From positions 1 through 28,219 of IMG/VR virus record IMGVR_UViG_3300026292_000026: a DNA stretch of 28,219 bases; one strand, 5' to 3'. Every line of letters begins with the position of its first letter. The first letter of the stretch is position 1. This document shows positions 8,601-18,800 of this stretch, in pieces. Source of the stretch: a virus (taxonomy: Duplodnaviria > Caudoviricetes). Below the pieces are notes generated by a model. It was given only the letters and a program-made list of their open reading frames with translations. It ran no database searches and had not been told where the DNA came from. Both the position numbers and the translations under genes were made by a program.

Positions 8601-10910
8601 GTTTGAAACAACAAAGTGTGATATAGTATTCTCTCTAGCAATTCTTAGAGCTTTACCAGCTTCATCAAAGATAGTCTCACCTTCTTGGAATGTTCCAGAA
8701 AGAACCTTAACATAAAGTCTATTACCACTAGAAAGTTTTCCAGCAGCAGATCCTTCGATTACTGCATATGCTTTACTTGTAGCACCAGTAATATACTTAC
8801 CAGATTCAAACGAACCATCTGGAATATCAGTATCAAGTTGAATCTTTGTTAAGAATGTTGGATTGAAATACGACATCTTAAAGGTCGTATTGTATGCAGA
8901 AGTAGATCCAATTCTACCTTTTGAAATAATTCTATCCGCATCTTCATTAAAACCAATTCCTCTCTCTTGTAAAGAGAAGTTCTTTGGTTTAAGAAGACCG
9001 ACTGTAGGAACAATAGTTTCAGTATAAGAAACCACAGTTGACCATAATCCTTCAGGGTTTGCTGCTATTGCATTCTCTGCATTTGTCTTAGCACTCTTAC
9101 CTGCAGTTGCCCTAAACAATCTAGTAGATTTCTTTACTCCTGATACACCAATACCATCATTATCATCATATTCTTTTAATGAATCAACAACATCTCTTCT
9201 ACCAAGAACAGTTATCTCAAGATATTTTGGTGTTCCTAGGTAAGAAGTTGGGAAGTTAGCAGAAGATCCATCAAACTTAGAGTATGATAGTACAGTTAAT
9301 TCCTCTGCATCATTACCACCTGACGATGAAGTTCTAACAGCAAGAGTACCATACTTAGTCTCCCAGTCAGAATTAACAACACTAGCCCAACCATTTGGAT
9401 CTGCTTCAACACAATTAACAATTAATGTTTTAATTGCTTGGTCTGAAGTGAATACTTCTGTTCTTCTAGAACGTGTTTGCTTATGTGAATCTACTTCACC
9501 ATTTGCTCCTAGACCATCAGTAGCAGGCTCTGTATTATTTTGACCTAATGATCCATCACCAAATACAGCATTCAAATATAGTGTTGGGTATGAAGATAAA
9601 TCAGCACCAAATGCATTTAAGGGAATAGTATTATAGGTATTGGTCAAGTAGAAACTACTTAATCCAGAATGCTTTAGAGTAATGTTATCTCTTACAAGAG
9701 TATCTCTAGACTTGTTAATAGGAACATAACTACTCTCTTTATTAACAATCTCAAATCCCTTGACATATGCTTTACCAGCACCAATAGTAGCAATAAGTTT
9801 CTTTGATGCTTCTACTTCTGTTAAATCATTTACTAATCCAGTAGATGAATTCTTAGCGTAAATACCTCTATTACCATTTCTCTGATAATATTCACGAATA
9901 TCAGTACCAAAATCTTCTACAACATAATCACCAGACTCGTCATATGTTCTTCTTGCTAGAGTCTCTTCAATAATATTATAATCTGCCTGTACAATCTTTC
10001 TTAGTACAGCACCCTTCTTAACACTAAGAAGTTGTATGAAATTACTATCTGTAGATGCATCTAGATCATACTTGATTAGTCCTAATGATATTGATAAACG
10101 ATGAGCACCAGGAGCACTGAAGTTTGCAAATCCTCTTGCTTGATCATAGAGTGTTGAATCCTCTTCAGGAGTGATTAAAGACTCTGTGATTTTAAATCCA
10201 ACTTTAGCGGATGGAATATCAATATAAGGTTCTAGAATAAGAAGCTCAGACTGATTCCTTACAAAATGTCCATTAATGAAATAAATTCCTTCTTCTACTT
10301 GTACAGCAGAAGCAAAACCCATTGCATCGCTTGTGTAGGAGGTCTCTACAGAAGTATCTGGGTCTTTTAACGTAACAGTAGTTGGAAGTACGCTACCGTC
10401 CGTTCCAACGACCAATAAAGGTGTGTTAACACCATCTACAACCTCTAGAGTTTCCCCTTGTCTAAAAGTTGCTTCATTGCTTGCATTTCCACTGCTTGTG
10501 TAGTTTACATAAACAGTATCAGATGATGTAGTAGTTGCATAACGAGTCGCAACAACAGAACCTGTAACGCCAGAAGTGATGCCTTTTAAAGTCTGACCTT
10601 TCAGTAATGCTATATCATACTTTTTAAATACAATATTATCCCCTTCCGTTACAGCAACTTCTGTAACAGATGATAGTTTCACATAGTCTAATCTATTGTT
10701 CAGTCCAACTTCACCAGGGATGACTAAATCACCCTGTTTGAATTTATTACGTCCTATAGATTCAATCTGATTCTGAAGAACAGATTGTAACTGTGTTAAT
10801 TCTCTGGCTTGTATCGAGTATCCAGGGCGAAAAAGAATTCGATAAAAATTCTTAGACGCATCATAGTCGTCATAATATGGTGATACGTTTAGGTTCGTCT
10901 TTTGTGGCAT
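2655..10910 (-). CDS. VrlC-like / DUF4815-family giant virion structural protein (2751 aa)
   Basis: N-terminal NLNVSPYYDDY...ILFRPGYSIQARELTQLQS.LQNQI; internal LARRTYDESGDY, KRYTMRDIGKLEKRVERLEYYT.LS.LE, RFKSGFVVDNF and PLAQTF. Located directly after gp8, as in cyanomyoviruses. Confidence 0.88.
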   Translation of the reverse strand: MPQKTNLNVSPYYDDYDASKNFYRILFRPGYSIQARELTQLQSVLQNQIESIGRNKFKQGDLVIPGEVGLNNRLDYVKLSSVTEVAVTEGDNIVFKKYDIALLKGQTLKGITSGVTGSVVATRYATTTSSDTVYVNYTSSGNASNEATFRQGETLEVVDGVNTPLLVVGTDGSVLPTTVTLKDPDTSVETSYTSDAMGFASAVQVEEGIYFINGHFVRNQSELLILEPYIDIPSAKVGFKITESLITPEEDSTLYDQARGFANFSAPGAHRLSISLGLIKYDLDASTDSNFIQLLSVKKGAVLRKIVQADYNIIEETLARRTYDESGDYVVEDFGTDIREYYQRNGNRGIYAKNSSTGLVNDLTEVEASKKLIATIGAGKAYVKGFEIVNKESSYVPINKSRDTLVRDNITLKHSGLSSFYLTNTYNTIPLNAFGADLSSYPTLYLNAVFGDGSLGQNNTEPATDGLGANGEVDSHKQTRSRRTEVFTSDQAIKTLIVNCVEADPNGWASVVNSDWETKYGTLAVRTSSSGGNDAEELTVLSYSKFDGSSANFPTSYLGTPKYLEITVLGRRDVVDSLKEYDDNDGIGVSGVKKSTRLFRATAGKSAKTNAENAIAANPEGLWSTVVSYTETIVPTVGLLKPKNFSLQERGIGFNEDADRIISKGRIGSTSAYNTTFKMSYFNPTFLTKIQLDTDIPDGSFESGKYITGATSKAYAVIEGSAAGKLSSGNRLYVKVLSGTFQEGETIFDEAGKALRIARENTISHFVVSNRGAAYGGITTVQVGGVIYDPSVITPALQDQGIYKITIEDRNLVSGTYSQPPAVVITSTGTPTTVAQARAVLFKNVIQTFTPQNVKSMWGRFGVAPEGGVAPNLFTSDVELSRESYVTSTNVTDFTFSGTVGTDYVECTGFGGDASKSLVQGDLVQFSDANNFLVKAIVQQATKPEGTKKSRIYLDSLLPSTVTSTTVLRVRPKIDNASKSSLVFPTGSKQVASLVKGTDDTAIVFNSRRDFILDTSTSGGKLTFKANLEYGTQKFVPFTEKNFILTVHDKGSGTQCETGDIVYIPSDVVEVVSSVDASTGLTAGSVSITLPENYFGTVSNGNYPKLKLTATLELTKARPRLKTIIRDKRIVINPNRDNIIPLRGQDQQSSEIKTISYSDVLKVNWIYEGSSTAAPTIDSAGNLISGTDVTNRFTFDDGQRDTLYDVSRIVIKPGFDLPTGQILVSFDYFDHSQGDFCTVDSYLHEAGVSTMEIPSFNSSVYGVTQLRDVIDFRPKVDNNATITGFGDESIFKNSAFNNFDGDGGVVSSCPASDTNLGYTVSFYQKQYLDRIDGIFLTKKGQFVVKEGNSSLNPSRPEAVDDAIALSYLYIPAYTTDASDVRVIPVDNKRYTMRDIGKLEKRVERLEYYTLLSVLEQQALNMQIKDDVGLERFKSGFVVDNFETHKIGNLKSIDYNCSIDTKQSVLRAQSREDSLRLVEVNTKEDERVVAGYQKSGDLITLPYTSLNLLSNPFATKTINPNPFVVIQYVGDASLDAPVDTWYENTDAPLVSDNNTSLYTIFLAKDNVRDAYASLYNSYTVNWIGSNQNFFNIGPLSDINSDQVESTVTIANVGSSSNISPQNNETGKGIQTKVIGETAVATSLQQFAKSRAVKFTVRRLKPNTRIYPFMEGRDISRWVNPDLRFTGSPSNSLSTFGSSIVTDSSGNASGLIIIPNGYAPTQGSTWNNYLYNTSYDTSSEQLQFTTGEKTIRFTSSSTDSNKDNVETYTEVKYYPTGILPSNPTGIVSTLPAFLKSNEGKQIVDAANEKRPNPLAQTFKVENLDGGCFVTGLTLYFNKKASSIPVRTYLTNTVSGKPGKYIVPGTEKTISPETFLKIYVSQETTIEIGEIASGVQSGASGPVYKVFDKTGIEVLPGNADRIPVAPDQVYTLVLSNNNGTSFSPAETITLPSVTLANNTNNTNITVTIAKDSGRVIDLKVIDAGVGYDTATMTIESPQLPGGTTATGSLGLSDGKLFSSEVSISGAGYTSPPSIVIAGTGTSNSGGSVQAIISNDTPGVRMGVATNLTTDVAGSVGTYFEFNHPVYLQNDTEYAFVVETDSVDYEIWGSEIGAAAGSGTVTSQPGLGSVYRSQNVDSWNEDLREDIKFELHRAEFNTSRSGSLLLTNENLGYESMYPGSVRTSAESGSSATLKKFRGNNNYVEVTHRDHGFEDGGNSYVFFKGLESTGGISAANLNTNLYKVVNSGVDTFNIVSPTQASSNIIAGGSTGMISVNKKYEKLYADIGYLSFPETKIDSTVKTTNIIPVDNGPVNYNSYSQSDYEKTFIGQEHYFINQKVVASRINELKNSLSQSLVYKLDLSSTVSHLSPVVDLRTSTVKTISNRIENPNGTESRYGRQNQILELYKVYTLTIAGNVDGSDNRIEITTGQNIDSTTVAATSEVVGLQGGSGVVLSCASDFTSIVVKLKNTGQFKAGETLTFQTQSAAGGNLVGKTVTISDSGPTEEVPSFSLNTVVNGYNINEDANVDNDELYAEKIGGTIIDWDVNSRQLVVFNNKQPINDDFTSKVTGGSAFNRSADIATQTADIFRSGDYLQYVGQPANTKDWWEVNKMSYQTGIGYVTEDSSKNTSGIAKYVTKEISLDNPGTSIDVKLTANIRNTSDVKVLYKFKEESSETNFDDIEWTFFNTDGKSDIDLTASAENEISGLFEKQGSYQEIPFSVTNLPEFTSFAVKVVMNSDNPSYVPKLQDLRAVASF

Positions 10911-10936
10911 CGTAAACCAATATTATCATGGGAAAT

Positions 10937-12763
10937 TTAGAATTCAATTACTAGCTTGATGTCCTCTATTTGGTCAGCAGCTCTAGTAATCAGTCTCCTG
11001 TTCTCTATGTATACGAGTTCCCCAGAGTTAGATTTGATCTCAGGATTCGCCAAACCGCTTGCAAATGTTACACCTTCAAGGGTTGAAGCATATGATGTAT
11101 TAACATTAACAGATACGGATGTACCACCATCTGTGATAGCTTGAGCAGCATCAGAAGCAAATGCTCTTACAATACCATTATCGGTATGTGCTGTAGGTGA
11201 TTGGAAATACTTAAGAACACCAGTTGTAGTGCTTGAATCGTCTAGTTTCCATGAAACAACGGTTCCCTTAGCAGTTCCACCAGTTACAGTCTGTGTAATC
11301 TGATTATCTTTTCCGAAAGAAGAACTAGTAAGACCAGTTCCAGTAACTCTTACAGCATAGACACCAGAAAGTGTGTTTGCAGTAGCATAGTTAGATGATC
11401 CAAATTGTAGTGGATCCTTAATAAGTCCGATTCTACGGAAGTCATTATCAACTGGGAAGTCTCCAGATCCTTCTGCATAAGTCAAACGGACGTTGACCAT
11501 AACACGCTTACCGTTAAGCTCTTGTGAAAGATCAGCACCATGTCCACCAGCAGGAGGAATGATAACTTCAAGAGAACCACGAGCAGATCCAGCAATAGTC
11601 TCAGATGTACCTAGAGTATCATCAGAGAATAGACCATAAGCATCTCCACCAGCACCAGTACCTGTACCAGTTACCAATGAAACTGTACCGTAAGTATATC
11701 CTGTACCAGCAGCTTGTATAACAGCAGAGGTGATTGCACCAGTACCATCTGTCTCAATCTTAACCTTACCACCAGTTCCATCTCCTAAGATAGGAGCATA
11801 AAGTGATGAAGCACCAGTCTTGTTAGCAGGTAGTCCACTACCAGCACTTGAAATAAGTACAGTATCAATAGCACCATCAACAGCAGCAGTACCAGCATAT
11901 GTGCCGATAGGCATGAAGTCACTGGATAAGAAATCCATGACCTGTTGAGTAGTCATTGTATAGAGATACTTCCAACGATAACCATCGTTAGGTCCTGTGT
12001 ATACTCCACTAACATAGTTGTTTGCAGTAGTAGGCATATCAGATGCGTTAGCACCACCAGAAACTGTATCTTCCTTATTGTAAATGCACTTGAATACTTC
12101 GTAGTTGCTATTCATTACATAGAACTTAGCAGCACTAAGTGTAGATGCTCCTGTAGCAGCAGACTTAGCAGTACCACCTGAAGCAGGTGCAGCACTGTAG
12201 TCAGGCTTGTACATGTCGAACTTAGGGTTGGTAACTGTATTCCAGTTATAGCGTGGAACTACAGAAACAACATTAGATGACTCTACCCTTTTTGCAGCAA
12301 TCAGTTCTTCATAGATTTTGAACTTCTCTGTCTGGTTGTCCAGTGGAGCTGGTGCATTCGTTTCATCGGCAATACGATACACACCACCTACAGCCTCAGC
12401 ACCAGTGTCGGCAGCACTAGCATATCCTTTAATTACATTACCAGCAGTCGGAGTACCAGCAGCAGGGCTTGGACTATGAACTAATAGTGAACCAGGATTG
12501 ACCTTACGCACAGTTGCCTTCCATGTCGTAGATCCATATGCAGTAGCACCAGCAGCACCAGCATCGTACACCTCATCTCCCACAGCAAATGCAGTAGCAT
12601 TAGGATTATAGATCTCTAAATATGAGTCCCATTGATCTGAACGACCAACAAAGAAGTACATACGAGATCGATCTGCACTGGTGTCATTAGCACCTTCAGT
12701 GAGTGATTCTAGAAATTGATTAGCATTAAAGATGCGAAACTTTTCTGATATGATTGCCGACAT
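10937..12763 (-). CDS. gp8: Baseplate wedge subunit gp8 (608 aa)
   Basis: MSAIISEKFRIFNA.QF, FYVMNSNYEVFKCIYN, DGYRWKYLYT, DNDFRRIGL and YIENRR.ITRA.DQIEDIKLVIEF. Synteny gp25-gp6-gp7-gp8. Confidence 0.9.
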   Translation of the reverse strand: MSAIISEKFRIFNANQFLESLTEGANDTSADRSRMYFFVGRSDQWDSYLEIYNPNATAFAVGDEVYDAGAAGATAYGSTTWKATVRKVNPGSLLVHSPSPAAGTPTAGNVIKGYASAADTGAEAVGGVYRIADETNAPAPLDNQTEKFKIYEELIAAKRVESSNVVSVVPRYNWNTVTNPKFDMYKPDYSAAPASGGTAKSAATGASTLSAAKFYVMNSNYEVFKCIYNKEDTVSGGANASDMPTTANNYVSGVYTGPNDGYRWKYLYTMTTQQVMDFLSSDFMPIGTYAGTAAVDGAIDTVLISSAGSGLPANKTGASSLYAPILGDGTGGKVKIETDGTGAITSAVIQAAGTGYTYGTVSLVTGTGTGAGGDAYGLFSDDTLGTSETIAGSARGSLEVIIPPAGGHGADLSQELNGKRVMVNVRLTYAEGSGDFPVDNDFRRIGLIKDPLQFGSSNYATANTLSGVYAVRVTGTGLTSSSFGKDNQITQTVTGGTAKGTVVSWKLDDSSTTTGVLKYFQSPTAHTDNGIVRAFASDAAQAITDGGTSVSVNVNTSYASTLEGVTFASGLANPEIKSNSGELVYIENRRLITRAADQIEDIKLVIEF

Positions 12764-12804
12764 AATTGAAAATTGGGTAGTTTTGTACTACAGGTTATCC
12801 GAGT

Positions 12805-12818
12805 TATTTATATTTATA
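12805..12818 (-). promoter_or_regulatory. Tandem overlapping late promoters TATAAATATAAATA for gp8
   Basis: Two exact TATAAATA copies (12805-12812 and 12811-12818), the second overlapping the gp7 stop codon. Confidence 0.8.
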
Positions 12819-15800
12819 CTTGTCTAACTAGCGTTCCTGCGGAGATTGTTGCTGGAGCAACAGAAGCAACACCTCTTTCTGACGTGCTGTTTGTTATAAC
12901 ATCACCAATAGTTAGGGTAGCACTAATAGTACCACCAGTAACTGTAACCACATTTCCTGTGTTATAATCTAATCCACCAGTGTATACTGTGACGTTAGTC
13001 AAAGCACCACTTACTGCTGTATAACTCACTTGGAATCCAGATCCATCACCACCAGTACAAGTAGCAGTTCCTGAATTAGGATACCCTGTACCAGTAGTTG
13101 CAATAGACAAATTAGTGTCTAATACTGCACCATTATATTTGATAACGAAACGATCAGACAACTTAGACGAATAATCTATGTAGTATTCGCCAACTTGTAT
13201 ATTACCAGAAGAATCGAACGATGCGGTATTTGGAACATACACATATGCATCACCCCAAGAAAGATCAACATCAAGAAGATCTGCCTTCTTAACATCCACA
13301 GCACTTGTTATAGTCATAGCAGGTGTTGTGGTTGGTGCTGTAGTTACAGCAACTTCTCTGCTTGAAGATGCTTGTGCAAACGCTTTAAGTTGTTTAACGG
13401 TATTACCAGGAGTTGATAATATAGAAACTATATTATTGGAAACGCTACTCTCTTTTGGTTTAAGGATAATCTCAGGTGAGATATCAGGAGCAGATACATT
13501 CCTCAAGAGTTGCTGAGTTACTTCAAGTTGTTTAACTTGAGATGAGACAGGAGCAACACTATGAGTAAACTCATAAGCTAACTGTGTTGCTTCTCCAATA
13601 GATGATGCAGTAGTTAGAGAATTAGTACCAGTAATAAGATTTTCAAGGTGCTTGATGTACTTAGTATCAAACTGTCTATGCTTCTTGATAATTTTGTATG
13701 AACGAGAAACATTTACAATTGGGACAGCAGTATATCCACTACCACCAGCATCAAGAATAACATCAATAACTTCACCACCATCTACAATAACATGTGCCTT
13801 AGCACCACCACCAGCACTATTGGATGATTCAAATATGAGTTGTGGTGGTGTATCATATTGATATGCATCAGGATTCTTAGAAAGATCTCTCTTATTCCAT
13901 GTTAAAGAAGTAACAACATCCCCAGTCAATACTGCTTTTACATCTAATCCTTCTCCTCTTGAGAGACCATTGTAATTACTTACTGTGACACTTCCAACAC
14001 TGTCACTAGACGCTTGTGTATCTGGAACAAAATTCAATGGATTAATTCTACTAGGAACCTTCTTAACAGTTCTATATTCGTTCTCTCCATCAATTAAAAT
14101 TTTATCTCCAGGCTCTACGTTGGTCATATTTGGACGGTCAGTAGCATATAACCATCCAGCAGTATCTTTCTTCATAACTCTCTGACCATCTTCTGTAGCA
14201 TATGTTACAGTATTAGTAGCAGTAGATAAGTCTACTTCAATATAAGAAGCATTTATAAAGTCAGTGTTAGCAGCGATTCTTAGTGGTTTGTTAAAATCTA
14301 TGGTAGGGTTTTGAGCAGACATAATAAATTCCCAACCACCTGACACCAAACCATGACCCCTAAGCATACCAACAGTGTGATATTCATCAGGAGTAGGATA
14401 TGTGTTATCAGTAAACTGCCATACTATCTGACCATCTTTAGTATTAGAGAATGTATCATATGCAGAATCCAATCCTGTAACCTTAACAGTTACCTCATTC
14501 ATGAATAGATTTGGTTCTATATTATATGCACTGAGTATTTGATCTGTAGAAGTACCAGTTAATAGAACAATACTAACAAATTGTCCTTCTTTCAATGCTT
14601 GTGAGAATGTTATACTAGATTCATTAATTGTATATGAACGTGTTCTTTGTTGTAATATACCATCAATATAAACAAACAAGAACCTATCATCATCTACAAC
14701 AATAACATCTTTTGTTTCTTCATCTCTCATTGTAAATGGACCTAAAACAGAACCATTGAAATTACCTTCATCTATAACAAGTCTTCTATAACCACTAACA
14801 TTATGTGCAAAGAACTTCTCTACAGCAAGAGGTTCTTGTACAGTTAAAGTGTTTAGGTTTTGTTTCCATTTAGGTGCTTCTGAGAATACAATAATATCAG
14901 GATCACTAGCACTTGCAGCTCTCTTAAGATAATAAGAGTTATTCCTAGGGAATGTCTCATCATACTTAGCATCTTGGAAAACACCATTAACACCAACAAA
15001 TAGATCCTGTTTTACTGCTGTCTTAACTGGAGTATTATCTGTATAGTATAACTCAAATTCCTTATTATCATCGTTAAAGTAATCTGGTAAAGATTTAGTA
15101 ACACTATTACCACTAAGTATCTCTTTAACATTTAAGAATAGAGAGTTAAGTGCAGACACTACAGTAGAACACTCTGTATATACATCATCCTTAGAAAGAA
15201 TGTTATTATTACTATATGTTCTTACAGAAGTCCAGTTACCATTTCTTTGACTATTATCAACAGTCTTTTCTATAGTGTATGGACCTTTGGTAAGTATACT
15301 AGAAATAATATCATCGTAAGTATTCAATGTCTGTTCTACATCAGCACATAAACCTTGTGATGACTGTGGATCAGGTAAAATAGCATCAGTAAATGGTGAG
15401 ATAGTTGTATATGTACCAGCACCAAGAGAATTCCTCATAGCAGTCACCATAAGGTCTTTGGCTTTACCATAAGCAGCTATACTTTCTGTTAGCTGATCTG
15501 TGATGTGTGATAATTTATACCCAGTATAATATCTTTCTGCAAAGTCTATAATATTTCTATTACCACCATATCTCAAGTGATAAACAACAGCATCCACAAG
15601 ATAACCAGTATCTCTCTTACACTTATCCTCATTTGGAATTGATAGATTTGGATATGATGCCTTTGTCCATCCAAGAGTCTCTTCTTGAATGTAATTCTTA
15701 TTCTTTAAAATTAACCTAGCAGCATCCATGTACTTACCAGTATTTGTCCTAGCAAATGAGAAGGTAACTTCATCAATGTTATTAAGAGATGAATAGATTG

Positions 15801-18800
15801 TAGTTACAGCAGAAGGTGCAACATTTAAAGTACCACCACTCTGAACTTGAGTAGGACCATAATTGGTCTGACCAGTAGTAGTAACAAGTGTGGTAATTGT
15901 TTGTGCAGCATATGAAAGATTACCGTCTCTAGAAACTCTAATTCTAGTAGGACTTATAATCTCAGTAACTTTGGTTCCTGGATTAAACTGCTGACCAGTA
16001 GAAACATCCATACCGATACAGATTCCCAAAGTAGATGGTACATCAATAATATCAAGACCTTGTGTTACAGTACATCCGTTCATCGAGACATCCCAATTTC
16101 TTGCTGCAGCAACACACAGATTCATAGCATACTCATATGCCTCTATACTTTCTGTTAACTGAGCATTAATATATGCTAAAGAACCATCAGCAAAGTATTT
16201 CTGAGCAGCATCATAAGAAGCAGAGTTACCACCAAATCTTAAATCATGCTCATATGCATCTACAATCAATCCAATATCACGCATACACTTAGATTCTAAT
16301 GTATTCCAAGTAAGTGATGGATACTTAGCTTTGACGTATCCTATTGCCTCTTCTTGAATGAATAATCTATTAAAACGTAATTGATTAGCAGCATCTATCC
16401 ATGTACCTTCTCTCTGGAAAATTTGTCTTATCTTTTTCAAATAAGTCGCATTTTGAGACGAATCTTTAAACTGGAATAACCTTCCAAGGAACTTTGTTGC
16501 TTTAGTAGTAGCATTATTTTCTGTTCTTGGTCCTAAAGGTGCAGAAGCAAAAGTTATCTTATCACCACTAACAGTATATGCAACTTCTGGTTCTTGTAAC
16601 ACACCATCCAATGTTATGGTAAGAGCCATAGCATTATAAGGAGTTATAGGTGCATTTGTACCTGCATCTACAATAGTAAATTCTCTAGTACCAGAAATAT
16701 TACCAGCACTATTGAAATCTCCATCAAATGCTGGAGTTAATTTAATCTCTCTAGCAATCAATCCAGACGTATCAGAAGATTTCTCTGTTAATGATCCAGT
16801 TCCTTTAATAACATTAATATTCTCAGATAAATTAACTACTGTTTGATGATATCTCTTACTACCAGTAACAGATGCTTTATTTGTTTCCTCATTCCATAGT
16901 TTTAAAGTAGAAACTTGTGAAGTCTTAGAGTTATCACTAATCTTTACAGCACCAGCAGACTCTACATTTAATTCACCAAATAACTTAAATCCAGCAGGGT
17001 GTACAGATTCCTTAATTAGATCTCTCCAATCATCAATAATAGTCTTAGACTCAACAACATAAGAATAGTCTTGATAGAAGTTATTATCTGCTATCTTATG
17101 AGTTCTTACACCCACTTTACCTTTATCAGATTCAAAAGTACCAAGATTATCATAGTATGATCTTAGATCAACATCAAATTCTGTCTTTAATACCTTAACT
17201 ACATTTCCTGAAGCTTTACTAGCAACACCTAGTACATTTGTACCACTAACAAACTCTCCAGACTCAACAGATACCTTAAGGATATTAGAACCTGGTCTCC
17301 AACCATTAGGAACAACACGACCTATAGAATTACCTTGCTTAACTTGCTCACCATTTAAGAAGTTGTCTGTAGTATTAACAATAAGAACATCACTACATGA
17401 ATGTCTCCTAAGAGTAGACGTATCATTCCATATACCACTACTATTGTAGTTAATCTCTACATTCTTAGTGATACCAATGGAATCGCCTAAAGCATATGCT
17501 CTCAAATCACCTTCTATAACTTTAAGAGATGGTTTGTATGAATAGTTCTTACCTTTGTTTATTACATTAACTCTAGCAATCTTATTGTCTGCTGTTTTTA
17601 ATACCTCGAAAGATGCCTCTGTACCATCACCATCAGAAACAACTACCTTTGGTTTAGAATAATTAGATCCAGCTGTATTAACTGTTACATCAACAATGTT
17701 CTTATTAATTGGATCCCATGTTGCAGTTGCAGTTGCTGCATACTCAGTATGCAATTCACAACCCTCTACAATGGGAACTTTCTTATATCCAGAACCAAGA
17801 TTTGCTACTTTAACTTTATCAATCCCACCAACAGCAGAACGTGACTCAGATGTATACCTTTGAGTACCAGTACCAAACCATTCAGGAACTTGACTCATCT
17901 CATATACAAATCTATCTGCTGTAACAAATGATACTTGAACTCCTGTTGATACAGTTGTTAGAGCATCAGTAATGACCTGTCTTCCCTGTAAAGGATCATT
18001 AACGATCTCCATGTAACTATCAGTATCTTCAATAGTAGTAGAAGGACCAATACGAATAGTATTATCTCCATTAGTTCTAGTTCTTACAATAGATTTGTAA
18101 TAATATCTTTGATATCTTCTAGCAACTCTATTGTTGAGTGTACCAGTCAAATCAATTGTTCCTGTTCTAGCACCATATCCAAACTTAACATATGCATATG
18201 AGTTAGGTGTACCAGGAATACCAACATTAACTACTTCAGGTGCAATAATATTATCATTCTTACTTGGAGATATAATAAACTCAGAATCATTATTGGTGAA
18301 ATGACTTAGATCAAATCTATACTGATAGAACTCTTGAATGTTAAGGTTTGGAGACACAACGTAAGGTCCACTCTCAGAATCTGAAATTTTCGTTACGATT
18401 TTATAGTCTGTTACAGTTGTAATCTTTATAGTACGTTTAGGATCACTTTCATCAAATATAGTAGATTGATCTGTTATCTTATAGGGGGCAAAATCACCAC
18501 TATTAAAGAATCCATTGTTGTGCTCAACTACAAGCTTATTGTTAGAGTAAGAAAGAACAACGGGATCCAATGCAGTAACACCAGTAACAGATACAGTACT
18601 ACCAACTGAGAATCTATAATTTCCATTGTATAATGATACAACTTCATCATCATAGTGATCAGTATCAGTAGTATTCTCTTGAGCTCTTGTGACAGTTACA
18701 GAAGTGTCTGATATCGCAGTAACTTTAACTACCTCTTCACCAACTTTAAGCAAGTCATTCTTAGCAAGACCAACTATACTGTCTATATTCATAGTAGTCT

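Noticed and set aside
12773-12967. 64-aa ORF overlapping the gp7 3' end and the gp8 promoter
   Set aside because: It overlaps a real gene and runs through the tandem late promoters, with no independent support.
15430-16395. gp7 repeats as a diversity-generating retroelement TR/VR pair or recent duplication
   Set aside because: The similarity is at protein level with heavily diverged DNA, differences are not adenine-specific, and there is no reverse transcriptase in the window.
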